Shown here: in pieces, positions 26,905 to 36,937 of the stretch | Layout: every line of letters begins with the position of its first letter | How positions within the stretch are numbered: the first letter of the stretch is position 1 | Source of the DNA: Elusimicrobiota bacterium | Lineage (GTDB): Bacteria > Elusimicrobiota > Elusimicrobia > 2-01-FULL-59-12 | Direction of reading: 5' to 3' | Assembly (NCBI GenBank): GCA_041660185.1 | Contig: JBAZWU010000011.1 | Span: 28,883-92,882 of the forward strand | Length of the DNA stretch: 64,000 bases | Made by a program: the position numbers and the translations under genes | Notes under the pieces: model-generated | The model's database searches: none | Seen by the model: only the letters and a program-made list of their open reading frames with translations | Told to the model about the DNA's origin: nothing

Positions 26905-27744
26905 TTAAGTCGTTAGTTTTCGGAGTTCGCCCAGGTTGAGGGCGTCGGAACCGGGAGGTTCCTTCGGGGTTTCCAGGATGACGGCCACCTCAGCCAGACG
27001 GGGATCGGCCAGCAGCGCCCGGAACGCGTCACGGCCGATATGGCCCTGGCCGATATGCTCATGCAAATCCCGGTGGGTCCCTCTTTCCGCTCTTGAATCA
27101 TTCGCGTGAATGACCTTTAAATTCGACAGACCGATGAGCCGATCGACGTCGTCCAGGGTTTGCCGGACCTCGTCCGCGTTTGAAAAGGGGTAACCGCTCC
27201 CCAGCGTATGCGCCGTATCTAGGCATAATCCGATGCGGCTTTTGTTCTCAATGCCTCTAATCATTTCCGCCACCTGCTCAAAACGGTCGCCCATCCGGCG
27301 GCCGCCGCCCGCCATATTCTCGATCAAAATGACGGTTTTCCCCTCCGTCTGAAGGGCCCGGTTGAGCGCGGTGGTCAACCGTTCCAGCCCGTCCGCCGGG
27401 GTGGAGGACTCCGAATAGGAACCGGGATGAATCACCAGGAAGTCCGTCCGGATGCGCTCGCAGGTTTCCAGATCCGTCAGGAGCGCGTGATAACTCATTT
27501 TGTAGAGCGCCTCGTCGGCGGTGCAGAGGTTCGGCAGATAGGGCGTATGAACCACGAGCGGATGAAGATCCAGACGGAGCCGTTCCTTATGAAAACGATC
27601 GGCGTCTTCCTGACTGATCCGCGCGCCGCGCCAGAGCCGCGGGGAGTGGGTGAAGATCTGCAGCGACTCACACCCGAGCTGTTCGGCTTCTTCAAGAGCC
27701 GTCATAAAACTGTCCCGGATAGAACAATGGACACCGAGTCTCAT
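26905..27744 (-). CDS. nfo: endonuclease IV (AP endonuclease family 2)
   Basis: 'MRLGVHCSIRDSFMTALEEAEQLGCESLQIFTHSPRLWRG...HTPYL.NL...ILIENMAGGG' matches the Nfo TIM-barrel pattern. Confidence 0.85.
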   Translation of the reverse strand: MRLGVHCSIRDSFMTALEEAEQLGCESLQIFTHSPRLWRGARISQEDADRFHKERLRLDLHPLVVHTPYLPNLCTADEALYKMSYHALLTDLETCERIRTDFLVIHPGSYSESSTPADGLERLTTALNRALQTEGKTVILIENMAGGGRRMGDRFEQVAEMIRGIENKSRIGLCLDTAHTLGSGYPFSNADEVRQTLDDVDRLIGLSNLKVIHANDSRAERGTHRDLHEHIGQGHIGRDAFRALLADPRLAEVAVILETPKEPPGSDALNLGELRKLTT

Positions 27745-27792
27745 GCCTCTATCATGGCTTGAATCGCGCCGCGGTGCAACCCGAAATTAGTC

Positions 27793-28230
27793 TTGCAATC
27801 GACCACGCCAAAGGTTATTCTCTGTCCACAGATCATGTCGCCCAAACCCAGCACGGCCAAAGGGAATATTCTTGTCGTGGACGACGAAGCGGTCGTCCGG
27901 AACCTGCTCCTGCGGGCGCTGATATCCGTCGGTTTTGAAGTCCGCGCGGCCGAATCAGGCGAAAAAGCGCTGGAAGAAGCCGGCCAGCACCGTTTTGACC
28001 TGGTTCTTCTGGATATCGCCCTGCCGGGCCTCGACGGGCTTCAGGTTTTGCAGCGCCTCCGGGCCTTGTATCCCGAGTGCCTCGTGATCATGCTGACCGC
28101 CAAAGAAGATCTCGAACTGGCCAGAACCGCGATGACCCTCGGCGCTTGCGACTATCTGACCAAACCCATTGAGATCGATACGATCCGCAAAGTGCTCCGG
28201 ACCCACCTCGCTTTTTCGTCTAACCCTTGA
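27793..28230 (+). CDS. single-domain response regulator (CheY-like receiver)
   Basis: 'GNILVVDDEAVVRNLL...DLVLLDIALPGLDGLQV...VIMLTAKEDLE...CDYLTKP'. The true start is probably the internal Met at ~27835. Confidence 0.8.
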   Translation: MQSTTPKVILCPQIMSPKPSTAKGNILVVDDEAVVRNLLLRALISVGFEVRAAESGEKALEEAGQHRFDLVLLDIALPGLDGLQVLQRLRALYPECLVIMLTAKEDLELARTAMTLGACDYLTKPIEIDTIRKVLRTHLAFSSNP

Positions 28231-30233
28231 ATCCTTTGAATCCTTCGACCACCTCATCGGCTCTCCGGGCTCAATTCCTTAAGCTGTTGGAGGAAACATC
28301 CACCTTCTTTTCGCTGGACAGCCAACCGCACGAGCACGACTCCGGCCGCGTGAATCAAATCCGCTCGTCGGCGCTGACGCTGGCCGGCATGGTCGTGCAT
28401 CCCCACTTCGACCGCTTTCTGGTTTATCTTCTGGGATCCACCGCATCCGACGCGGATTATCCTCTGCAGGCAATCCGGATGTTGTGCCTGGTGGCTTATG
28501 TGTCACGCAATGAACACCTGGCCCCGGAGCAGCGCGAAGAACTGCTGACCGCGGCGTTTCTGGCGGATACCGGGTTTCGCCCGGCCTGGCTGGGACATCA
28601 CGGGACACACTCGGAAGTCGCCATTTACCATTTAAGAACTCCAGGCATCCCCTGGATCACCCCCACGCTCGAACGCCTGATTTCCAATCACCATCAACCG
28701 CTCACGGATCCGTCGCCAAACCGAATTCTCTCCTTGGTCGCGCGCTACCTTGGTCTGGTGTACGGCACCGGCCAGGACGATGTCGGCCATGCCGGAGTGC
28801 TGCCGGCCCGCGCCATCGAAACCCTCATCGAAGAAACGGAGCGGGGCGCTCCCGGCCTGAATCTATTCATGAAGACGCTCTCGGCTTTTCCCCTTGGCAG
28901 CTGGGTCCAGCTGAACGCAGGGGTTGCCGCCCTGGTCATCGGCGGAAACCCGAGCAATCCGTTGCGGCCCCGGGTGGGCCTGTATCGGGCGGAACCGTCC
29001 GGAATCGGGCGATGGTTGGAGCATGACTTGGGCAAAGAGATGACGTTGTACATCTCCCGGGAAATCGTGCCTACGCCCGCTCAATTATCACTGGTTAATA
29101 TCCCTGAAATTTTTCTCCCCGGATGGATGGGCGCTTCCAGCGAAGCCTCGCGGGATATCCGTTTGCCCCCTCCGGAAATCGTGAGCGCGGTGGGAGCCGA
29201 AGGGAATGCCGGGCAGACGCTGCCGTCTTCCATCAAAACAATCGACGATTACCGCTCGCACATTCTGGGCCATGGAAAACCCGCCCCGACGGGACCGGCG
29301 CCTGCCGGAGCCCCGCTGGCGGCAACGGGTTCTCATCCGGCAGCCGATTTGACTCTCTCCTCGACTCTTTCAAAGCAGGACGTGCTGAAATTTTACCGGG
29401 ACGAACTGGCCAAACTACGGGCGGAATGGGAACAAAAGCTCTCAGCCGCCGAGCAGGTCAGCAGCAGCCTAAAAGCGCCGCTGATCGACAGCTACCGGCG
29501 GGAGAACCAGCTCATGGCGACGATTCTGGACCGGATCGATTGGATGGACGCCACCGCCGCCAAAACACCGGAACCGCCTTCCGCCTCACTGGTTCTCGAA
29601 GAAGACGCGCACGGAAGCGTGGTTGACCTGGGATTTGAGACTCCGGCGGCCCCTGCGCCAGTCCCACCCAGACAACCGGAGCCGGAACCCATTTTGCCGC
29701 CCGTCAAGGAAATCGCTATTGACGATGAGTTGCCCACCGGTCTGGAAGAACTTCCTGAAGAAACAACGTCCGGCCTGACACGCGTCGAAACCTATTTCAA
29801 CGAACTCCAGCGGCTCGCCGGCCGGGACCGCGCGGTCCTGGCGCAGCTTCGCGAAAGTCTGCTCAGCATCCGGCAGGCGCTGGAAAACGCGTCTAAGGAC
29901 CCGGCCACGGGCTCACTTCTTTCCTTAATTACCCACTGGCTGCAGAAACTGGACGAAACAGACGCCTCTCTGGCGCAAACCGCTGATCGGATCAGCATCC
30001 TGGCGGAAGGATGGCAGGGGTTGGCTCAAAAACTTCGCGCGCTGCTGGAGGAATCCGGAGAAGACGTCCACCGGTCCTGGAAAGAACCCATCCGTCCGAA
30101 GATGGAGAACACACTGAAGAACCTCTGGAAGGAACTCTCCGTCAGGCACCGGCACGTGGCCGCTCACGCGAAGCTCATCAATCAATTTACTGCTGAGGCC
30201 AGACAGATTAGGGTTTCAAAAACGGCAGGCTGA
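28227..30233 (+). CDS. hypothetical large signalling-associated protein (668 aa), co-transcribed with receiver; N-region weakly HD/HD-GYP-like, C-region low-complexity/coiled-coil
   Basis: Its start overlaps the receiver gene stop. The middle is Pro/Ala-rich. There are C-terminal heptad-like segments. No confident family assignment. Confidence 0.4.
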   Translation: MNPLNPSTTSSALRAQFLKLLEETSTFFSLDSQPHEHDSGRVNQIRSSALTLAGMVVHPHFDRFLVYLLGSTASDADYPLQAIRMLCLVAYVSRNEHLAPEQREELLTAAFLADTGFRPAWLGHHGTHSEVAIYHLRTPGIPWITPTLERLISNHHQPLTDPSPNRILSLVARYLGLVYGTGQDDVGHAGVLPARAIETLIEETERGAPGLNLFMKTLSAFPLGSWVQLNAGVAALVIGGNPSNPLRPRVGLYRAEPSGIGRWLEHDLGKEMTLYISREIVPTPAQLSLVNIPEIFLPGWMGASSEASRDIRLPPPEIVSAVGAEGNAGQTLPSSIKTIDDYRSHILGHGKPAPTGPAPAGAPLAATGSHPAADLTLSSTLSKQDVLKFYRDELAKLRAEWEQKLSAAEQVSSSLKAPLIDSYRRENQLMATILDRIDWMDATAAKTPEPPSASLVLEEDAHGSVVDLGFETPAAPAPVPPRQPEPEPILPPVKEIAIDDELPTGLEELPEETTSGLTRVETYFNELQRLAGRDRAVLAQLRESLLSIRQALENASKDPATGSLLSLITHWLQKLDETDASLAQTADRISILAEGWQGLAQKLRALLEESGEDVHRSWKEPIRPKMENTLKNLWKELSVRHRHVAAHAKLINQFTAEARQIRVSKTAG

Positions 30234-31386
30234 GCAGCTGCGCCATCACTGTACGCGACGTTAAGAACGAAACGACATTCTTCGAGTGCCAATCAAAATT
30301 CGCCTGATGCTGCACCAGCTGATTCACCGATGGATGACCGCACGCCCGGACCAGGCCATCCAGCTTTTTATCGCTGAGGCACTCGAATACCTTGCGCACG
30401 ATCCGTCCCAGCCACAGCTCTTTTCGAAGAACGCTTCGCCAGCGGCGGTTATAGGAGGCCAGGGTCCGTTGATCAAAGCGGCCGAGGGCAAACGCCTTCT
30501 CCAAAGTCTGAGCCGCGGCCGTTGCTCCGACCAGCCCGTAATAAATTCCTCCGCCGGTGGTGGGCTTGACCTGGCCCGCCGCATCCCCGACAAGCAGAAC
30601 GCGCTCAGTTGCGCCGCAGGGAACCGCGTCAATCGGCACCGGACGTTTCTGGACCAGCACATTGTCCCGCCAGATCCGGTCTTTCAGCGCAGGACTTAAC
30701 AGCAGGGTTTCCAGACAATGAGCGGCATGCTGGGTGGCGGTCACGCCGATGCGCAGCCGTCCATTTCCGATTGGCACAACCCAGGCAAAAGACCCCGGCG
30801 CCACCTTGCGCCCGATATAAACCTCCGCTTCCTGCACAAAATTCGATTCTACTTCCGTCTGCGCGCAGATCAAATGGCGCTTCGGCGGTTCAAGACCCAG
30901 CTGTGAATGCAGCCGGTATGAAATACCTCCGGCCACCACGACCGCCTGGCAGCGGACGGACTCTGTCTGGCCGGCCCCCCGCTCGACCGCGAGCGTGACG
31001 CTCTCCGGCTCCCGATGAATCTGCGACACCCGGCTTCCGGTCCACAAGGTGACGCCCGCCTGGCAAGCTCTCTCCGCCAGGATCCGGTCGAAACGCGCCC
31101 GGTCCATAATGAATGCTTTTCCGTCAAACCAGTTTGTGCGCACGCGCGTGCCCAGCGGCGAGACAATCCAAGTCGGCGGTAAACTTGATTGGATCGCCTC
31201 ACGGGGCAGATCCGGGAATCGGTCAAAGGCCTCCTGCCCGAGGATGCCGGTACAGTGGCGGGGCTCGCCGACTTGCTCGTGTTCCTCCAGCAGAAGGACA
31301 CGCAAGCCCTGACGGGCCAGAAGAAACGCGGTCCGGCTTCCCGCCGGTCCGGCTCCGATGATGCCTACATCCCAAACAGGACTCAT
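30208..31386 (-). CDS. geranylgeranyl reductase family FAD-dependent oxidoreductase
   Basis: 'VWDVGIIGAGPAGSRTAFLLARQGLRVLLLE' is a Rossmann GxGxxG FAD motif. The architecture is typical of the GGR/ChlP family. The start is placed at 'MSPVWD'. Confidence 0.75.
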   Translation of the reverse strand: MSPVWDVGIIGAGPAGSRTAFLLARQGLRVLLLEEHEQVGEPRHCTGILGQEAFDRFPDLPREAIQSSLPPTWIVSPLGTRVRTNWFDGKAFIMDRARFDRILAERACQAGVTLWTGSRVSQIHREPESVTLAVERGAGQTESVRCQAVVVAGGISYRLHSQLGLEPPKRHLICAQTEVESNFVQEAEVYIGRKVAPGSFAWVVPIGNGRLRIGVTATQHAAHCLETLLLSPALKDRIWRDNVLVQKRPVPIDAVPCGATERVLLVGDAAGQVKPTTGGGIYYGLVGATAAAQTLEKAFALGRFDQRTLASYNRRWRSVLRKELWLGRIVRKVFECLSDKKLDGLVRACGHPSVNQLVQHQANFDWHSKNVVSFLTSRTVMAQLLSLPFLKP

Positions 31387-31442
31387 CCTAAAACCCTCTT
31401 TTGAAGATCGCACATATCGTCACCCCCGAGCACCACCCTAGC

Positions 31443-31568
31443 CGTCATCCCCGGCAGCCACTGGCCGGGGATCCAAACAGTCTTGACGTCAACGTATAGA
31501 TTCCCCGCCAGTACCCGCGGGGAATGACGAATGATTGGCAGCGCCAGAATCCGCGGGGGATGACGTTT
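31443..31568. repeat. tandem double-hairpin repeat, family 'CGTCATTCCCCGCGG...CCGCGGGGAATGACG', copy 1 (intergenic)
   Basis: 'gtcatccccggcagccactggccggggatcc' ... 'ttccccgccagtacccgcggggaatgacg' ... 'ccgcgggggatgacg'. Related copies are at 33432-33490 and 44037-44127. Confidence 0.75.
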
Positions 31569-31570
31569 TA

Positions 31571-33424
31571 TCATCGGGCCACCCCCACGTTTTCCCACCG
31601 GGCGAAGAGTGAATTCCACCCCGAACGCAGGATGAGAGCGATGTCCAGCCAGAGGCTTTGCCGCTTCACGTAAAGCAGGTCATAACGAAATTTATTCCGG
31701 CGCTTGACATCCCGCGCGGCAAAGACCTGCGCGACGCCCGTGAGCCCGGGACGTAAACGGACCCGCTTCTGGTAACCGGGAATTTTTTCCAGGGAGATCT
31801 CGTCTTTGATCCACCCCCGGGCTTCAATCTCACTCGGCATCAGCGCCCGCGGCCCGACAAAACTCATATCGCCTTTGAGAATGTTCCAAAGCTGCGGAAT
31901 CTCATCCATGGCGGTGCGGCGGCACCACTGGCCGACGCGCGTGATGCGGGGATCCCCTCGGTGCGCCTGGCGGCGGTCGTACTCGGGCAACTCCATTCTG
32001 ACCATCGAGCGGAATTTGAGCGCCAGAAAAGGAATCCCGAACCGTCCCACGCGCTCCTGGCGATAAAAAACCGGGCCGCGATCCTCCAGGACGATGGCCA
32101 GAGGAATCACCAGCCAGAAAGGTAGTGAGACCACAAACCCGGCCATGGCCAGAACGATGTCGAGGCACCGCTTGAGCGGGTATTCGCGGAACAATTCCGC
32201 ATCCGAGCGCAAGGTCTGTTCGAGCAACCCGGGAACGGTGGCCAGTAACCGGTCGCGGCTCGCTTCTTTTTCGATATGGGTTCGCGCGGCCTTTCCCATG
32301 GCAGCCACCCGCTCCGGGGCGCTGGCAAGCTCCAGAATCGCCATTTCGAGAAGCTGGGCATTCCCCGGAGACACCACGACACCGGCTTCGGTTTCTTTCA
32401 CCAGACGGCTGAGCGCTGTTTCAGGAGAAGAAACCGCGATCAGGGGCCGGCCGCACGCCATCTGGTTCAGAATCTTGGAGGACAGGCTCAGGTCCGCCAT
32501 CCGGCGCAGCTCCATCACGATTCCCACGTCCGCGCTGGAAAGGACTTCGGCCAGGCGTTCTTTCGGCTGAAGCGGCAGGAGCGTCACATTCGGGAGCGGA
32601 TGCTCGGACAGACGCTTCTCCAGCGCGGCCCGGTAGTTGCCGTCTCCGATAATGACAAAAGCGATCGAAGGGCGGTCCCGCAGCCCAGCGGCCACGTCAA
32701 TCAGTTCATCCAGCCCCTGATGAATCCCGAGACTGCCCGCGTAAAGCACGACAAATTTTCCCTCCAGTTTGTGTTCCCGGCGGAAAGCGGTTTCCCTGGG
32801 CATTGGTCGCATGGTGTGGGTGTCCACCCAATTCGGCAAGAGCGCCAGGGAAGTGGCGGAGATCTCTTTCGTCTGAACACGATCCCGCATGGGAACGCTG
32901 ATGGTGGAGATGAGGTCCGCCCGACGTAAAATCCAGCGCTCGATTGTCGTCAACACCGCCACCAGCCCCCGGCCGCGCAAAAATCCGACGGCCTGGCCGG
33001 CGTCCACCTGCAGGTCTTGAAGATGCAGCCACAGCCGGCTTTTGTTGAACTGCCGGTGGATAGCGGCGGCCAGCCCTACGCCAAAGGGAGGTGAAACCGC
33101 CAACACCACATCGGCGCGGCAGCGAAAGAGCGCGGGCAGGGAGGTGAGCATGAACGACAATTCGCAGAAGAAACGCCCCAGCGCGGTCTGGCGGGACGGG
33201 ACATAGAGCCATCGCCGCCACACATCCGCGGCTCCGACTTTTTCGTGAACCTGCCACCGTCCCCGGTAACCCTCCCGGATGCGCCACTGCGGATAATACG
33301 GCAGCGCGGTCAGAACCTGAACGGTGTGACCGAGTTTGAGAAGGTGTTCGACGAGCTCGGTGTTGTAGTAGGCGATGCCGATCGAATCAGGATAAAAGGA
33401 ATTGGTGTAGAGAAGAATCTTCAT
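31571..33424 (-). CDS. bifunctional fusion: GT4 (group 1) glycosyltransferase + C-terminal polyprenyl-phosphate sugar-phosphate transferase (WbaP/WcaJ-type 'bacterial sugar transferase' domain)
   Basis: The N-terminal part is 'MKILLYTNSFYPDSIGIAYYNTELVEHL' (GT4 fold), ending about '...GRPLIAVSSPETAL'. The C-terminal part is 'VGRFGIPFLALKFRSM...DEIPQLWNILKGDMSFVGPRALMPSEI...RPGLTGVAQV', the sugar transferase catalytic motif. The start is placed at MKILL; the upstream ORF extension reads through a hairpin repeat. Confidence 0.8.
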   Translation of the reverse strand: MKILLYTNSFYPDSIGIAYYNTELVEHLLKLGHTVQVLTALPYYPQWRIREGYRGRWQVHEKVGAADVWRRWLYVPSRQTALGRFFCELSFMLTSLPALFRCRADVVLAVSPPFGVGLAAAIHRQFNKSRLWLHLQDLQVDAGQAVGFLRGRGLVAVLTTIERWILRRADLISTISVPMRDRVQTKEISATSLALLPNWVDTHTMRPMPRETAFRREHKLEGKFVVLYAGSLGIHQGLDELIDVAAGLRDRPSIAFVIIGDGNYRAALEKRLSEHPLPNVTLLPLQPKERLAEVLSSADVGIVMELRRMADLSLSSKILNQMACGRPLIAVSSPETALSRLVKETEAGVVVSPGNAQLLEMAILELASAPERVAAMGKAARTHIEKEASRDRLLATVPGLLEQTLRSDAELFREYPLKRCLDIVLAMAGFVVSLPFWLVIPLAIVLEDRGPVFYRQERVGRFGIPFLALKFRSMVRMELPEYDRRQAHRGDPRITRVGQWCRRTAMDEIPQLWNILKGDMSFVGPRALMPSEIEARGWIKDEISLEKIPGYQKRVRLRPGLTGVAQVFAARDVKRRNKFRYDLLYVKRQSLWLDIALILRSGWNSLFARWENVGVAR

Positions 33425-33431
33425 AAGAACC

Positions 33432-33490
33432 CCGTCATCCTCCGCGACCGCTGGCGGAGGATTCCCCGCCAGAACCCGCGGGGAATGACG
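33432..33490. repeat. double-hairpin repeat (CGTCATTCCCCGCGG family), copy 2, between carbamoyltransferase stop and GT-fusion start
   Basis: 'ccgtcatcctccgcgaccgctggcggaggattccccgccagaacccgcggggaatgacg'. Confidence 0.75.
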
Positions 33491-35219
33491 CGCGAGAGGG
33501 CTTCTCAATCCAGTAATCGCCGAGCACGAGCAGGTCCATCTGCGTGCGCAAAAAGCAGTCGATCGCTTCCTCGGGACGGCACACGATGGGCTCGTCTTCG
33601 TTGAACGACGTATTGAGAACGACCGGAACGCCCGTGAGGCGCTCAAAAGCGCTGATCAGCTCCCAGTAACGCGGGTGCGTCTGACGATGCACCGTCTGGA
33701 CCCTCGCGGTCCCGTCCACATGTGTAATCGCAGGAACGCTGGCACGACGTTCGGGCTTCACGATGTAATTCATGAGCATGAACGGAGACTCGGCAGGCCC
33801 GTCGAACCACTCACGGCATTTTTCCGCCAGCACCGACGGGGCAAACGGCCGGAACGCTTCCCGGTTCTTGATGCGGGCATTCAAAACGCTCTTCATATTC
33901 GCCCGGCGGGGATCGGCCAGAATGCTGCGGCTCCCCAGCGCGCGCGGCCCGGCTTCCATGCGGCCCTGGAACCAGCCCGTAATTTTTCCGTCGGCGATTG
34001 CCTGCGCGGTCCGGCCGCAAATCTCCGGGTCCTTCTGCACCGCCATACCGCGCTCACGAAGCGCCGCTTCAATCTGCGCGTCGGAATACTGAGGACCCCA
34101 ATACACGTGGTCCATATGAAAACGCGGCGGCGGCTCGGCCTGCGTGTAGGCGTGATAAAGCGCCCCGCCCAGCGACGTTCCCCCGTCTCCCGCATCCGGC
34201 TGAATGTATACCTGCTCGAAGGGGGTTTCTGTCTGAATTTTCCCGTTCATCACGCAGTTCAGCGCGACCCCGCCAGCGAAACACAACCGTTTCTCCCCGG
34301 TCTCGCGGTGCAGGGTGTGCAGCAGATGAAAAAAGAGCTCTTCGGTGACCGCCTGGACCGCAAAGGCCAGGTCTTCGTGCTCCGGGTTCAGCGCGGATTT
34401 CGGCATGCGCGCCGGTCCGAGCAATTGGTTAATCTTGGATGAGAAAAGCGGGCCGTAGGACGGTGTTTTTTCCCAGACCTCAGCGACCGATCCGTTCTGG
34501 TGTTGAAAGTAATCCAGATTGAGAGACAAAAGACCGTTGGCGAGCGGATGGATCAGCCGGCGGACCTCGGGAACCCGGCTGGCCCGGCCATAAGCCGCCA
34601 GCCCCATCACTTTCCCCTCATCCCCGTAATGGGTAAAACCAAGATGCTGGCTGATCGCCGTATACAGAAATCCGAGCGAATGCGGGAAATAGACGCGCTT
34701 CAAGATGCGGATCTGGTTGCCTTCGCCCAAGGCGAGAATAGCGCTGACGCCATCGCCCATCCCGTCGATAGTGAGAATCGCCGCCCGGTCAAAGGACGAC
34801 GCGTAGTATGCACTGGCAACATGGGCGACATGATGTTCCACATGCACGATCGGCAGAGAGATTCCGTTAAAGCCCGGAGCGAACGCTTGAACCAGCGCCT
34901 GCCGCACATCCAGGACGTGCCGGCCCTGCGACAGACGGCTGCGCAAGAAGGACGGTGACAGGATTTTCGGATGGGTCACGACGTGAGCGGCTTTCGCCCA
35001 GAAATTGGCTTTTGGATCTTTTGAAACGGTAATGACGGAGAGATCTTTCGGCTGAAGCCCCGCCTCGCTCAGACAATACCGGATGGCTTTCTCCGGAAAA
35101 CCGGCGCAATGCTTGATCCGGTTAAAGCGTTCTTCCGCGGCAAAAGCCATGAGCTTCCCGTCAACAAGCAGGGCCGCCGAAGCATCTCCGTGGTAAGCGT
35201 TTATCCCAAGGATCTTCAT
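33435..35219 (-). CDS. carbamoyltransferase (NodU/CmcH family)
   Basis: 'MKILGINAYHGDASAALLVDGKLMAFAAEERFNRIKHCAGFPEKAIRYCL' is the canonical NodU/CmcH N-terminus. The C-terminal 'YVxD' region is conserved. Confidence 0.85.
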   Translation of the reverse strand: MKILGINAYHGDASAALLVDGKLMAFAAEERFNRIKHCAGFPEKAIRYCLSEAGLQPKDLSVITVSKDPKANFWAKAAHVVTHPKILSPSFLRSRLSQGRHVLDVRQALVQAFAPGFNGISLPIVHVEHHVAHVASAYYASSFDRAAILTIDGMGDGVSAILALGEGNQIRILKRVYFPHSLGFLYTAISQHLGFTHYGDEGKVMGLAAYGRASRVPEVRRLIHPLANGLLSLNLDYFQHQNGSVAEVWEKTPSYGPLFSSKINQLLGPARMPKSALNPEHEDLAFAVQAVTEELFFHLLHTLHRETGEKRLCFAGGVALNCVMNGKIQTETPFEQVYIQPDAGDGGTSLGGALYHAYTQAEPPPRFHMDHVYWGPQYSDAQIEAALRERGMAVQKDPEICGRTAQAIADGKITGWFQGRMEAGPRALGSRSILADPRRANMKSVLNARIKNREAFRPFAPSVLAEKCREWFDGPAESPFMLMNYIVKPERRASVPAITHVDGTARVQTVHRQTHPRYWELISAFERLTGVPVVLNTSFNEDEPIVCRPEEAIDCFLRTQMDLLVLGDYWIEKPSRASFPAGSGGESSASGRGG

Positions 35220-35272
35220 CGCTTGGGATATAACAGGACAACTGTGCGATTTCCAGCGTTTTTTAAACAAAA

Positions 35273-36937
35273 TTGGTATATTTTTACCTGATGATTTGGA
35301 CAAAAAATAGAGTCGGATTTCTCTTTGTCTTTCTGGGTTTACTTCAAGCCTGGGCGAACCGGTTTTACATGAATTCCGACGGGATCTCCTACATCGAGAT
35401 CGCGCAGGCGTACGCCCGGGGTCAGTGGCAGCAAGCCTTCAACACCTATTGGAGTCCGCTGTACTCCTGGATTCTCGCCATTGTGTTCCGGCTCTTTAAG
35501 CCTTCTTTGTTCTGGGAGTTCCCCCTGGTCCATCTGGTTAATTTTCTGATCTACCTGTTTACGCTGGCCGCTTTCAGCTATCTGCTGAAGCAATTTCTCA
35601 GGTGGCAAGGAGTACAAGAACCTTCCTTGCGCCGGGTTTGGATCTGGCTGGGATATTCACTCTTTCTCTGGTGCGCCTTAAGCGCCGTCAGTCTCTATTT
35701 GGTCAGCCCGGATCTGCTGACGGCCGGCATCATTTTCCTGGCCGCGGGACTCTGGATTCGTCTTCAGCAAGGCGAGACCACCTGGACCCTCTTCGGTTTA
35801 TGGGGTGCGGTTTTAGGGATCGGGTATCTGGCCAAAACCTTCATGTTCATTTTCGGTTTCTTGTGGATCGTCGCCGGCGTCGGCTGGGCGGTCTGGAAAC
35901 GGAATTCCAACATCAACCGCTACAGCGCTGCTTTGGCAGGATTTCTCTTCATCGCCGTTCCTTTCGTCGGAGCGATCTCCAAAGCCAAAGGTCAATGGAC
36001 TCTGGGAGAAGCCGCCCCGATCAATTACGCCTTTCATGTTAACCGGGCGCCAATTCTCCCTTTCTGGCGCGGGGATTTTCCGCCGGGCAGCAAGGGAACG
36101 CATCCCCCCCGCTTGATCATGTCCATGCCGCGCGTTTATGCGTACGACCGGGACATCCCCGCTAGTTATCCCATCTGGTATGACCCCTCTTACTGGATGG
36201 AGGGACTGCGGCCCCGCTATGGCCTGATCGATCACTGGCGCTCGCTGCGGATGCGTTTCAACGACGATACCCACCTGCTTTTGTACTCGCAAGGGAGTCT
36301 ATGGGCGGGAGCTCTGATTCTTCTCTGGGGTGCTAAAAGACGGAAACCCGGAGCGATGCTTCTGCTTCCGGGCCTTTTGGGAGTGGCGATCTTTGCGATA
36401 GTTCTGGTGGAACCCCGTTATATCGGTCCCTTTGTCGTTTTAATCTGGTTCGGCGTATTTTCGGGGATGGAAGTCCCGACGGAAGAGATGGCCCGGAAGT
36501 GGTTCGGCTGCGTGGTATGGGCGATGCTTCTCAACCCGCTGGTCTATGTAGGATATGAAACCGCTAACGCGCTCCAAAGAACGGTACGGCAGACGCTGAC
36601 CTTTCCGCACACCCGGAATCATGCGTACTGGCAGGTCGCGCAAGACCTGCACCAGTTGGGACTCAGGGAACACGACCGCGTGGCCTGCATGTTTGAAAAA
36701 GGTTATGGACAATATTGGGCACATCTCGGGGCGTTTCGCTTGGTGGCAGAAATTCCTTTTCCGGACGATGTGTCGCAAGCCCAACCGCCGCTCATGGCCG
36801 CCATCGCCGATGTCCTGCGGCAGGAAGGGATCCGCGCCATCGTGGCATGGCCTCACGCGGTTTCCCCCCACGTTTTAAAAAACCTTGGCGGTTGGCAAGA
36901 GCTGAAAGACGCCCCTTTTGTCGTTTATCTCCTATGA
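35273..36937 (+). CDS. GT-C fold membrane glycosyltransferase (ArnT/PMT-like), paralogue 1
   Basis: Polytopic N-region with 'NSDGISYIEIAQAYARGQWQQAFNTYWSPLYSW' (D-x-x-Y-x-x-A ... W-x-x-P motif of PMT/ArnT family) and a soluble C-domain. About 40% identical by eye to the next gene. Confidence 0.6.
   Translation: MVYFYLMIWTKNRVGFLFVFLGLLQAWANRFYMNSDGISYIEIAQAYARGQWQQAFNTYWSPLYSWILAIVFRLFKPSLFWEFPLVHLVNFLIYLFTLAAFSYLLKQFLRWQGVQEPSLRRVWIWLGYSLFLWCALSAVSLYLVSPDLLTAGIIFLAAGLWIRLQQGETTWTLFGLWGAVLGIGYLAKTFMFIFGFLWIVAGVGWAVWKRNSNINRYSAALAGFLFIAVPFVGAISKAKGQWTLGEAAPINYAFHVNRAPILPFWRGDFPPGSKGTHPPRLIMSMPRVYAYDRDIPASYPIWYDPSYWMEGLRPRYGLIDHWRSLRMRFNDDTHLLLYSQGSLWAGALILLWGAKRRKPGAMLLLPGLLGVAIFAIVLVEPRYIGPFVVLIWFGVFSGMEVPTEEMARKWFGCVVWAMLLNPLVYVGYETANALQRTVRQTLTFPHTRNHAYWQVAQDLHQLGLREHDRVACMFEKGYGQYWAHLGAFRLVAEIPFPDDVSQAQPPLMAAIADVLRQEGIRAIVAWPHAVSPHVLKNLGGWQELKDAPFVVYLL

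Noticed and set aside
31571-33646. Long N-terminal extension (74 aa, 'MSASRAFRS...') of the GT4-sugar-transferase ORF, and the similar N-terminal extensions of ORFs at 35303, 57198, 61611 and 53174
   Set aside because: The extensions are translated hairpin or REP repeats, or low-complexity Arg/Ser sequence. A canonical family-typical N-terminus (for example MKILLYTNSFYP, MKILGINAYH) begins at an internal Met, so the starts were moved.
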